Of a stretch of DNA of 64,000 nucleotides, positions 40,895-53,831 are shown one piece after another (position 1 is the first letter of the stretch; each line of letters begins with the position of its first letter). The DNA is from Bugula neritina (Eukaryota; Animalia; Bryozoa): assembly GCA_964035545.1 (NCBI GenBank), contig OZ037771.1, positions 14,011,133 to 14,075,132 of the forward strand, given 5' to 3'. The notes beneath the pieces were generated by a model. It did not search any database. It was not told the DNA's origin and worked only from the letters and a program-made list of their open reading frames with translations. The position numbers were made by a program, and so were the translations under genes.

Positions 40895-43047
40895 TACTTA
40901 CATGGATCATACTGAGTTTATAAACACACTTAATAGTGAAACTATGTTGTTGTATATCATGACTGCATGAACACTGAAGATAATATTCAATAACTCATGA
41001 TATATGGAGTTGTAACATGGGTTATATAATCACATAGTATTCTAATATATTTGCAATCAGGGTACATGTGAAGTAGAGAATGGGGTCAAAGTTTAAAAAA
41101 TCTGAATAAATAGTCTCTGGTAAGAATGACAATAGCAAAGGTTAGCACAGGTGAAAATGGCAAAGCAAAATTGGCGCAGGTAATAATGGCACCAGCAATT
41201 TAATAGCGCAAATGGAATAATTACAGGTTTAATGTGACACATTTTTGATATATTCAGGTTTTAGGTTCGGAATGGAATGAGTGGGGGACTGGGAATAAGG
41301 GGTTTGGGGTTGGAAGTGCTGTTTAATTTTGTGGGGATGGTGTTTGGGTTTGGGTAAATATACCATCAGTGTACAATTTTACTTACTTTTCCATTTCTGC
41401 CATAATGTTTTCCATGCCGTTGCTTATTGTGTCAATGTTGCTTCTGCTATTTATAGCTTGCCACTTTTGCCAGTGCCATTTATAGCGTGCCACTTTTATA
41501 TCTATACAATCAAATAAGTATAATGAGCATAGCTAGTATGCATACCTTAGAAGTTGCTGCAAGAAAGTTGACAAACACTGCATTTAGGTTAAATCTAGAG
41601 TAGCTTTCAAAAGCTACATAATAAATATTGTCCAGGCAGACTAAGTCCAAGTCTTCAAGTGTTGAGAGAATAAACAGATGTGTATCAGAGACTACGTCAG
41701 TCAGTTTTATCTAAACTCAAAGTATAACTATATATACATATAGTAACTTTCCAGAGGGTATGCATGATAACTGTCATATATTATACTGCTGACGTACAAG
41801 ATAGACACCTGCATGGACCTTCACAGCTGGTTGTTTAAAATACTATCTTCTTTACCTCATCATCCATTTGATTAGATTGTAAATATAAAACTAAGGTGAC
41901 TTTAGCTATAATACATAGTATTATAGCTATTCTTTACCTCACCATTCATTTAATGAATTGTAAATATATTATTAAGGTTTAATTAGCTATGATACATAGT
42001 ATAGTTGACACAAGTACAAATAGCACAAGTAAAACAAATAAATTAAATGGCACACTTATAGCTGATGTTAATTTTGCCCAAGCCCAAACCCTTACCTCTA
42101 TCGACTCCAACTCTACGTACCCAAACCCCTCGCACTTAGTCCACCAATAGTAAACCCCAAACCCCTACCTTTAGTCTCTCACCCCTTACCCCAAAACCCA
42201 AACCACTATACTGCTAACAACTAAACCTAAAAACCTATAGTTTTCAAAACCCTATCCTCAAACCCTTCCCTATACTCCCAGCTTTAACCTCAAATCACAC
42301 TATAATAAAATGTGCTATTCATTTAGTTTCCAATTGTGCAATTAGAATTATTATCAGTGCAATTTTACCTGTATTATTTTTATTGTGTCATTTTACCCCA
42401 AACGTTGTGCAATTAGAATTATTATCAGTGCAATTTTACCTGTATTATTTTTATTGTGTCATTTTACCCAGTGCAGCTATAGTTTTACTTGGGTCATTTT
42501 TATCAAACAGTATAATGCATCTCTCTTCACAATAGCAAGTTGAAAAAGTAATATAGATGGTGCCATGACCAAATGATGTAATATCTAAATGATGTAACGA
42601 TAAGAGCAACAATGTGGTGTGTAATATTAGAGTTGTATCCCTTACAAATGTAGTCACTTTATATGCTGGTAATGAGTGTAATATACTTATGGATCACTAA
42701 GTGTATATGGCAAGACAGTGTATAAAATAGGAGTGCGCTTACCATTTGCAAATCCGTTACGAAATACCATCACATAGTAGATAATAAATCACATAGTATA
42801 AAGGATATCAAATAGTATAATAACACTTATAAAATAATATATGAATTAGTATATCGAATAGTATATTAACACACTCAATAGTAAAATTAAAACGTTGTAT
42901 ATCATGACTAAACACTGAAAATAATATTCAATAACTCTTGCTATATATGGAGTTAATGTAACATGGGTTGTATAATCACATGGTATTCTAATATCAAGTA
43001 GTACACATGTGGAGTATACAATAGGGTTAAAGTTCGCATGGTATAAA
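40895..43047. repeat. Repeat array, segment 4
   Basis: Unit middle and G-rich arm resume after the gene. Junction core at ~41638-41760. Cut at 43047 by the second Zisupton-like element. Confidence 0.9.
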
Positions 43048-44589
43048 CAGTATATCTATTCCTCTACTGGACATTTTAAGTCCTATCACGGCTCGACGGG
43101 AGTCAGTGAGTGGCAGTGATCACGAATGTTCACCTACTCTGGTGAGCTAATATGTACAGATTCGATTGGCTGCATGTGATAACCAATTCAATTCGATTGG
43201 TTAAAAGACTGCTAGTAGCTTGAAGTACTAATAACAACTAGTGGTGGATATCAAGGGGGTTGATGCCTATACACATATTTTTAGCAGCAATATGTATTCA
43301 AAAGTACAATTTCTTAACTACATAGTTTATATACTTACATATCATAAAGATAATACTAAAATCTTTTGGTTTAGATAAAATGTTTATAATAAATTAAAAT
43401 GCATTGATTTGAAAACAATCCACCCCTTGTAGACTTCGCACCAGCTTTTCACAATTACAACTATAATGAGCAAGTAGGAATTTAGTCTTACAAACTCAAT
43501 TCAAAAATAGTTGTCCTCTCATTTTATGTTGCACCTAAAATTACTTTTATATTCTAGGAAGTTATGTGCACTGATATAAATAGCCCAAATATATATTACG
43601 TTGATATATAATGTTATTTATTTATAATTATCATATTATATATAACAATATATTTTTATTTTTATATACCAACGCAATATATTATATATTATACTAAATT
43701 ATATACATTTTATATGTTATAATTATGTATCATAACTATTATTTATATGTTTTGTATATTATAATATATATATATTTATAATTAGATACAATTTTATTTA
43801 TCAATATTGATTTAAGTATATGTTTTTGATATATTTTTCGATTGCGTTTTATCCATTATTTTTATCGTTTATTTATGTTGCGAGATGTACTCATAAAAAG
43901 ACGTAGCTTTGTAGTGGGTTGATCAAACTTGTAAATAATCATTATTATAACTCGATGTTCACTTCATGGGCAAATGGCGCATGTTCTTTAGGAGTTGTCT
44001 ATTCGATACATGAAAAGTTTCGAAAAGTAAAGTGTTGTGATAAAAGTGAAAACGAAAATAGCTTTTCAAAAAACTTTTTGTCATTAAAAAATGACTATAA
44101 TATAAGCTCTATTAGTATTTGATTTGTCACAAAGAGGCCCAAATATTTTGTCAACCTATTCTCTTAAAAACTTGAATCATAGTATAGAAATATTTTATTT
44201 CGGGTTTTAAATATATTAATTGCAGGCATCCGCTACGCATAATAATACATCAGGACCCAATTTGAAAAAATTGAAAATCCTTCTCATTCATGTAATTTGT
44301 ACCAGTTTTTCGCAAATAAATTAAATGAAGAGATGTTCTTGCCAATCATTAAAACTTAAATCAGGTGAGTGTTTATGGCATTCTTACTATTGGTGACTCT
44401 GGTTTATGACTATTTAGTATAACTATATAATTATATTCAATAATTCATACTTATTAACTAACTTATAGTTATAACAATAATGAATAAATATAATATTAAT
44501 AATATTAATAATAATACTATTAGTATTACTATTAGTATTACTATTAGTATTAAGTAATTAACTACAAGTATAAGTTATAGTAGAGGTAT

Positions 44590-44746
44590 TAGTATTACTT
44601 TAGTGTTATTCATATTCATATTGTAATTGTTATTACTGCTGCTACTAGTACTAGTACTAATACAGTATTACTGTATTAGTACTAGTACTAGTAGCAGCAG
44701 TAATAACAATTACAATATGAATATGAATAACACTAAAGTAATACTA
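44590..44746. repeat. Perfect palindrome, 78-bp arms with 1-nt spacer
   Basis: Centre ...TAATACAGTA-T-TACTGTATTA... at 44668; the arms read as exact reverse complements. Confidence 0.9.
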
Positions 44747-46259
44747 TTACTAATAGTAATACTAATACTGTAATACTAATAGTAATAGTAATTATACTAG
44801 TAGTCGTACCAGTATGAAATATAGTAACACTTATACTAATAGTAATAGTACAGGTAGTACCAATACTAATAGTAATAGTGATCAGTGATCACTAATAGTA
44901 ATACTAATTATCTAATACTAGTAATAGCAGTAATACTATTACATAATCATAATGATAATCAAGTTTAAATTTTTAATAGTAATAGTATTACTATTACTAT
45001 TAATATCAACAAGTTTCAACTTGATTATCATTACGATTATGTATTACTATTACTATCAGTATTGGTAATCACTGTTAACAGTAGACGTAGTAGTACTTTT
45101 ACTGGGTTTAGTATTAGTACCACTGCTAGCAGTAGTACTAGTACTAAGTGGTTAATGTTAGTGATACTGCTATTTTGACTTTCTATTACTATTAGTATTC
45201 GACTCACAGTTATTATATCTGTTACTCTTCAATTGCCTAAGTATTGTCATTACCAATCCTTTAAGCTATTGGTATTTTTATTATTATTAGTATTGATTTT
45301 AGATTTAGTTACATAATTATTACTTAGAGTTCGTGCCACAAAATTAAATATCACAATAATCTATATATTACTACACCACAACTCCTAGTAACACTAACAG
45401 TATTTACATTTACTTAATGCTTGTAGTTGCACTGCTACCAGTCTTTGTAGGCTACTAGATATTAATTCTTGCTGTTGCTATTATTCTAAGTTAGCAAATT
45501 GGTAGCACTAGCGGTATAAGTATTACTTGTGTGTAGTATAACATGTATTTGCAATAAAATTAGAATAATTTAATTGCAATAATAACCATATTAACATTCT
45601 ATAATCACTCAATTATAGAAGTTGAATGAAATTATAAATGATTCAATTTAATATAAAGATAGGCTGAGATATTTTGCAAATTATATAGGCTCTGTGATTT
45701 TTGTAAAGATATGATGTTTATTTTAGGTGTTGTGGCAGGTACGAAGCATAACAGACAAAGATAGTTTCAAGAATTTTGCTGAAATAACTGATGCAAATGT
45801 GAAAAAATGAAAAATAAATTCTTCGTTTGTATGAATTGCGATTGTAATTTTCAAGTTGTTAACATATACTATCAATTGTTATAATATGATGTTGTGCAAA
45901 ATAAAGTATATTCTGCTAATAAAAGTATATCTTGATATATTTATGCAACCTATGTACTTCTAAATAGTTTATATAGTATAGCATCAATAAAATGTGTATA
46001 CAGACAACACCACGCTATAAACTGAGTTTGAGACTTTGAGTCATCTTTCTGTTCTGAGCATAACCTTGTAGCTGTTACATAATCATGTTAACAGTCTAAT
46101 GCTTTTGCTCATGTAATATTATGCTACATTATATACTATAATATACAGATATTATACTGAAATCACTAGATTGTAGCATCACATACTGATGATGGTGCCT
46201 CAAACTGTTGGACAGACTTGCACCTGATTTCAATTATATGCAGTTTTTCAAATATAATA

Positions 46260-46550
46260 TATAAGTTGGCAACTACATGATAGTAATATTATACTGAATA
46301 CTGCAAGCCGCATGAATAGAACATTGATGGAGAATGAACAGCTTTTTGCACTTTTAATTTGGAGTTGTCTCACTATTACTTTCTTTCTAGAGATGATAGG
46401 TATATATACCATCATCTCCAGAAAGCAAGAAATAGTGAGACAACTCCAAATTAAAAGTGCAGAAAGCTGTTCATTCTCTATCAATGTTCTATTCAGTCGA
46501 CTTGCAGTATTTTGTAAAATTAATTATTATAATGTAGTTGCCAACTTATA
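46260..46550. mobile_element. ~290 bp fully palindromic MITE-like element
   Basis: TATAAGTTGGCAACTACAT...ATGTAGTTGCCAACTTATA, centre GGTATATATACC at ~46405. Explains the mirror-image ORFs 46248(-) and 46312(+). Confidence 0.8.
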
Positions 46551-47665
46551 AGTTATAACATTATATATTTATGTGTAGAGAGAAAGCAGTTTATGCTGCA
46601 GCAGACTTACGCAATTTCTATTTGTTGTACTTCTATTATTTTAATTATAAGTATATAATTAAAACTAATTTAGTTAATATTAGAAAAGTGATGTTTGTGT
46701 CAGTTCAACCCCAAGTGGGTTACTTTACGCCAATGTGGCTTATGATATAAATTCTGCGTATTTGTCAGATTTGGCTTTACATATTATCTGTGTATATATA
46801 TATATAATCTAGCTGCTTATACACTAGATGTTCCCAGCTTTTGTCGATTGTGTTATTGCTAATTGTTGTGCAAACTACAGCAGTGCTTCTGATTCATGTA
46901 TTAATCTCAATATTGGATACAAAACTGCAAGTATAAACCTCTTTTTAATAATGTAAATGTTTATTCAGTGTGGTATTTTTTTCCTCAATTAGGCTGGTGT
47001 GAACAACCAACGCAGTTTTACTGTTAAACGCTTAGCATACAGGATTTGTCATTAATTTATGTTGCTAAAATAAAACAATTTAATATTTCAGTCCTACAAT
47101 AATTTATATATTATAGTCTGTTGCATGGATAGCATGCAGCTATAGTATATATAGTTCTGTACTATAAGTGTTTGTATCTCTTTACTGTTAACTTAATATT
47201 TATTTCCTTAAGCCATCAAACCTCAATATTCATAAATTAATGTTTTTTATCCTGATTTCTATTTTTTTCTAATATGTTATTAAAAATCTTATAAAAGCTG
47301 TCAACAAAGTGTACCGTGAAAGATATAACTATATATAAAAACAATTTGTAATTGGTAAAAAGTTTATATTGAGACTGCATGATGCTTTTTCATAGTGTCT
47401 ATGCATGCAGTACAAATAGAAAAGTAGGTAAAATATTATATTAGAGTACACCTTATAGACATGGCAAAAATTGTTTTTTACACAAAGTTAATCAATGCAG
47501 CAACCTTGCCAGAAAATGCCTCTTAAACGTAAAGGTGCAATCTGTTTTTCTGAGCATCACCAATATATGCCTATACACATATGTATTACATTTCACTATT
47601 GTAAGAAGAAATAACCTGTTATAGCAGCTATACATGCCTACAATTTTTGTCACTTACAGTATGTG

Positions 47666-48170
47666 GGCAACTAGTCAATATTCCGAAGACCCATTAGTCC
47701 GAAAGTGATTGTTTATTAAAATATAAAAGCGCTGTTGTTGCTTTTGTTTTGTAGGCCTATATGCATGTATTGTATTGTAATTAGTTAAAAAGAGACGTTT
47801 AATGTTCTTAATTGAACTTAATTTTTTGCTAGTGCTTTATTTATATTTTCAAGCTTTTTGTTTTTTGCATTACTGTCCAGAATAAATTATATAACTCAGC
47901 ATTAAATATTCAGCATAAATTCCAAATTGCATACGGCCCAGTATATATTATAATATATGCACGCAAAGATGGCTAATGATGGCAAAGAAAGTTTTATTTA
48001 TAAATTCCTATTCTTAGTAAAGTATGATTATGAAAAACAGTGCAATATAAGTACCAATAATTTTAAAATCTAGTTTACTTCTACTGTAACAATATAGTAT
48101 GGTGTAATTTGCACAGCAACTTGTTCCAGTCAGGGTGTACTAGAAAAATATTTTCGGACTATAATGATCC
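47666..48170. mobile_element. Foldback/MULE-like MITE, degenerate, related to 25049-25552
   Basis: Left end GGCAACTAGTCAATATTCCGAAGACCCATTAGTCCGAAA; partial right end TTTTCGGACTATAATG at ~48150-48167. Confidence 0.6.
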
Positions 48171-48502
48171 ATCCTCTAGCACTCGTGGTAATTGAAAAGC
48201 TTATTAAATTTTAGTTTGGAGTGTAGGTAAAGAATAAATTGCAAGAATGTAACTTAATTTGCTATATCAGATCCCAGGTTTTCTTGATTATTGCACCAGC
48301 TCTCAATTATATATTTTACTTATTAAATCCTAAGGTTTAGCCCAGTGCTCAGTATCTAATTGGCATGCATGCATTCATGCTGTCCACCTGTTAAAGAATA
48401 TTTTAAAAGTAAAATAAAGTCTACAGCTATAGTCATATTTATGCTCTCATTGTTTATACATACCGATGTGTAGAATTTGAATAAAAATTTGGCAAAAAAA
48501 CT

Positions 48503-48575
48503 ACGCTAAGGCGATCAATCCTGTGGTTACGGTGCCACTGATAACCCTGTTAACCACTAGGCCACTCTAACGCAC
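48503..48575 (-). pseudogene. tRNA-like / tRNA-SINE head remnant
   Basis: Minus strand has A box GTGGCCTAGTGGTTAA and a decayed B box. Same relative position as 28701-28772 in copy 1. Confidence 0.45.
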
Positions 48576-49371
48576 ACTGATGAGGGTATGCTCAAAGTGA
48601 GTAACTATCATGACTCAAACTTATACAGCTATGGATGGGAACTGGTTATATTAGTTCAGCAGTATGTTTACCAGCTGTGCATAGCAATCTTGTTTCAATT
48701 TTTTTACTATAGCCTATATGACTCTGTGGTTGATGGCCATATGGCTACTGATGCTAATGGTTTTGAATAAACCCAAAAGTTAAAAATAAGTAGATTGCAC
48801 CTTACTATAAGGCACAACCAGGCACCTGAGGAGAAGCATTGCAGCTATGCATATAATATTATACTGATGCATAAGAGGTAATTTATCATAATATAGTTCA
48901 ACATTCCTTCTTTTAAGAAAAAATACAGCCTTTATTTTAGGTTTACCCAGCAAACCATGAAATGATCTAAATTAATATTAAAAGTGCATTTTGAAAACTC
49001 AGGTTAATTGCGCTTATTCATAAATTAATAATAGATATTAATATGTAAAAATATAATGCATATCATGTATAATATCATTATATTATTATATAATACTATA
49101 TTATATTACCACTATATTTGCGTTATATTTTAAGTTGTGCTTCACATCTTGATTTTCTTAATGTAAAAATTTAAATTCAATATGTGCCTGAGGAGTGCCA
49201 AAGAATTGCAAAATTAATAGTAGCACAGGCTCAGTATAGTTCGGAGCAAAGTGAACAAAAGTTCTGTGCAATAAAATTTGATTTAAAACTTTTTATTACT
49301 ATAAGCTCCATGTGCATTATATATACACAATCATAGAATAAAATGTAAAGATGTAATAGTATGTAAGAATG

Positions 49372-49373
<2 letters not shown>

Positions 49374-49450
<77 letters not shown>
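49374..49450. repeat. (AT)n microsatellite
   Basis: Pure dinucleotide run. Confidence 0.98.
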
Positions 49451-49454
<4 letters not shown>

Positions 49455-52400
49455 CATACAGGATATAATATGAAAATGCCTATGAAAGCTATAAAATAAA
49501 AATTATAAAGCCGAAGGATTGAAATTATTTATAAATAGATAAAATGAAAGTAAAATAGTTGAAGGATTGAACTATTAAGCCACATTTTCTAAAAGGGGTT
49601 TTCTATAAGCTTGTCTGCATGTTGTTACAGCTTCACGGTGTTTTTAAAAAAGATTAAAAAGTATATTAGAGGAAGTAAGTTCCCCTTTATATTGTTTGTT
49701 GCTGTGACATTCAATCTGTTTGAGCTATCAGTGATGGAATTCATATGAAGTCTTGATTGTTATAAAAATAACGTTGTGACTTGTTATACAGTTTGGCAAT
49801 ATTTACCAAAATATTGCTTGATTCATAATAGTTTTTACATTGCAATTTATGGCATCAGTTGAGACTTGCACTCTAACAAAATACCAAGAAAACCAAACTT
49901 ATGGCTGTACTACAGTGAAAAGTGGTTGGTTATACTAGTTCTATATAGTGGCTGCACTAACCATGGTCCTAGCATTGACCTACCATGGTATTGCCAGGTG
50001 TAGAACAAATCCTGTGGTGTATGCAAGCTATTCACATAGCTAGCTAAAATTATTACTGATGAGTTTACGAAATTGTTGGTTAACATAATGCAGTTTGTAA
50101 TGTGCATGACAATGCACCATGCAATTATGTAATCTGTTTTGTAAATATTACTATAGTTGTGTTGTTTTCTTTTGTTTTCTAAATCCCCTTTATCTTTGTG
50201 GTTTGTATATAATATTGTCAGTCTTGGAAATGTATTTGCAGTTCACAACAGGGCACTAAATATTATATGGAAAGAAATGGTTAATAACACAGAAGTTGAC
50301 AAGTTAACTATACAAGTAGTTCAGGAATGCATTAACAGAATGCATTTACAGAACGTGTTACTGTGACAAAAAGGCCAGCAGCCAGCTAAACCTGTAATGC
50401 ATAACTTTGTGACGTTAGGATATGTTTGAAGTTGCTCTGAAGTACTTTATGCCATGGCAGAGACACACTACTCTCCACTTGCAGTAGCAATTAGTTTACT
50501 ATTCCAATCACCGGCCTCTTGAATTTCTATAAGGGCCAAACTGGTGTGCCAAACATCATGCTTGTTGTGTTGTATAAATAAGTACTGCAATGAATTACTA
50601 CCAACTTTCTTACTGTCACTACACTTTATTATCTGAAATCTCGAAGCTAACTGACCCACTTGATAAACAAACAGTATGTCCCAACAGTTACATAGCACTT
50701 TTAAAACCACAACATAATTACTTTGACAGCATAATTGCATCGCTATAACATTCCACAATATAAGGCTACTAGCAGGTATAAGTCGTGGGATAATATTATA
50801 AGCATAGCTTTAGTAAACAGATACAAACATTACAATGCTATTCTTTCAAAACATAACCACTGCTTTGCGCATCAGTTTTAGCAGACAAAGAATGTATACT
50901 AAATACTACACTGTAGCAGCAAAGTTACAGGAAGTCTATTGAAGTAGAAAGTTTATTTTTAGATTACTATTGAGCTGTGCAACTGTACAGAGAACTAAGC
51001 ACGCAAAGTTTAAATATTTGGCACCTGAGCCACAATCCAAAAATTAATAAAAGTATAGCACGTGTGCATAGTTAATACCAGTAATAGTTCTTATTAGTTG
51101 TTTGCCTTTGGCAGTAGGTAAGCCTTGCAGTTGTTTTAAATAGAGTACTTTCATAATGGAGAAATAACTTGAAACATGTAGCAAAAAACTTGTTATTGAA
51201 CAGGGCCTGTGTAACTACTCTGCTAACTATTTAATTGGTAGTTATTTAGGTCAAAATTGACCATGGTTGACATTGATTTCTTCATTACTGGCTTCTATGA
51301 CTGATCATTATGGGACTTATTTGCTTGCAATAACTTATCTATTGTGGTTTCTGTTTATGTAACTTTTAAATTCTTATTATGCAATGAGACATTCATTGTA
51401 CAATGCAATGATAATGATGGGAGCTAAGTGTGTGTAAGCTGCTTGCGAAAATAATTTGAAGTTTTTTAAATGAATCATTATGTGTACAAAAAGGCAAAAC
51501 CTAATGTCGTTATTGTTGGAGAGAAGATGTGGTTAACTGTCTAAAAATACTAGCTAGCATTGGATAAAAGATAATAAATGTAGCTTTTTGGTCTTTGAGA
51601 CCTATTATATTATACATTACGAATAATTTGTCATGCAATGTTCATAGATTTAGAAATGTATCAGGTTAGTATTATTTCCTCACCACTCAAGTGAAAAATT
51701 CATTAATACTCCTATAGCTAGAATTTTGTGCTGTGTAACTAATTACTAAGGTGTAAGTTTGAGAAACCAATGCTAGAATATAGTCCTTGTGGTTATAGGA
51801 GAGAGAGATGAGGTATTTGTTTGTCAACCAATATAATATATATATATATATTGCAGGCTTGCTTATTACAGAGCGCAATACAATAAAAATTATAAAAATA
51901 AAGAATGATAGTATGACAACATAACCATATATGAGTATCATATCAATCAGAGTGCAACTGTCACTGCAAATCATCTCTATTACATAGCAGAATGTTCTTT
52001 TCTTATGCAAGTGTTCTTGTAAAAGTGCAACTGCACTTAAACTCAAATGGCCACTTTCTTCTAGATCTGTAAAACAAAAAAATGTTTTAACAGTCAAAGT
52101 AAATAAGTTGAAGTGAGGGCTTCATTAAAGTGACACATAACAATGGAGTACCCGAACCAGAGGTAGAGAAAAGCATAAGGTAAGTGGAAAGATTTTGCTT
52201 GGTTGTTGCAATGCAAGAAGGCTCCAACAAAATTGAAAATGCTGATATGAAAATGTGCATCTGACTGGCAATATTTTATGGCAGTAAATTATGGCCGCTG
52301 ACAGCACCTAGTTCCTAGTACCTAGAGGATCAATGAAGATGAGTTGCGATAAATCTATGGACAAAAGGAATGAGGAGATCTGAGACAGGGCAGCAGTAAA

Positions 52401-53373
52401 AGCATTAACCATGTGGGGAAAAGAAGGCTGAAATGGTGTGGGCACCTATGTAGCAGAGAACAATAAAACAAGAAGGGATCAGCTACATCAGTGTGAAACT
52501 GGAGAGAAAGGGAGCAAGACCAAAACATTTAAGCATGGGGGTTAAAAATTAAAAGAAATCATCGATTGAGTTGGAAATGAACAAACCCTGTCACCTAAAC
52601 GAATGCAGTGAGGAATAGGGGGATGGTACAATTAAGTAAAACAAGGAGTATGAGAGTGACACCACTTGTGAAGCCAAAGTTATATTTAATTTAATTAATT
52701 TGTAAAATATATCAATACAAACTTTTATGACAGTCTCATAGGCTGGCAGTGAGATGAGATGATATGTACTTAGCAGCAATGAGTAAAATCTGACTGAAAA
52801 TCAAAGCAGACAGTGAGGTAAACATTTGATTTATAGCAGAATACATTCAAAATTGAAACTACCTCAAAATAAACTCTAGTCCTCGTCAGATGAGTCAAAA
52901 TAGATTGGCTGTAAGTAGTCATCATCCATAATTTCATCTGATTATACTGCAAAACAAAATGAAGAATTTTGTTAATCACATGTACGAGTTTGAAATAAAT
53001 TATGGTTACAAAAATTAACATAACAAATTGTCCCGCATTTAGTGCATTTTAAAGCCTTTAATCATAAACCACAATGGCATGCAGTGTAAATGTTGCAGCT
53101 GTGGCCTGGTGAATACGGATATTTTCCAACTGTAGCCCTTTTTTCTATATAAAAAAAAAACAATTTCGAACCTAAAAGGCTCAAAGTCAAAAATAGTTAA
53201 TTTTAGAAGTTTGATTCTATAGTTTAAATCAACATTTCCATAGGGGTAGTTGAAGTCTAAACATTCACTAGATTAACATAGTAAAAAATTGGAAACATAC
53301 ATTATTTTCAACGTTATACGTTACCTAAAACTAAAATATATTCAATACTAAAACATCTATTAAAGCGTAGTAA

Positions 53374-53831
53374 CTGACATGTCAAAATGTGTGCCTTAGC
53401 GAACATCACACTCAAAAAGTAATCGTGAGAGGAAACAAGCTTTGCTTCCATTTTAGACGTCAGGGGAAGTACTGTCACACTATGTTGGTGGCAATAGATT
53501 ATGCACCAAGAAATTATTTTTTAAAACTTCTCAGAAATATAATTAAACGTTGAAGATTCTGCAGGCAAAAAATTTCACATACCGAATATGTTTTTAGAAG
53601 CAGAGGACAAATTACATTTGCAACTAATTTCAAGCAAAAATAGTCGCTAAACAAACTTTAAATGCACTCTATGAATAAAAGTCAGCAATGCCTTAATTTA
53701 CTCACTTGCATTATATAGGGATAAGCACATATCTCCCCCTCTCCATACCCAAGACCTTACATATAAATGCCTGAAGTTGTCTTTGCAGCTTTCCATTCAA
53801 TTCCTCCATAGTGGCCACCAACTAAAATCTT
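53374..53831 (-). pseudogene. KDZ transposase exons of copy 2, degenerate
   Basis: 53706-53831 GGIEWKAAKTTS / MERG(fs)EICAYPYIMQ with a GTGAGT donor; ~53374-53525 FLSVMFAKAHILTCQ. The downstream E..EQ exon is deleted in this copy. Confidence 0.85.

Noticed and set aside
2245-41760. Conserved repeats with variable intervening DNA as a CRISPR-like array
   Set aside because: Eukaryotic context, kb-long intervening segments homologous to one another, and no cas genes.
46248-46551. Two similar ORFs on opposite strands
   Set aside because: Artefact of the palindrome.
44100-46745. A further nested element with its own gene (exon-like 44227-44364 and 45728 onward)
   Set aside because: The region is extra relative to copy 1, but no convincing TIR, TSD or protein motif could be defined.
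51687-52097. 136 aa hydrophobic ORF
   Set aside because: Its paralog at ~25840-26210 has stops and frameshifts; at most the start is a decayed Zisupton exon.
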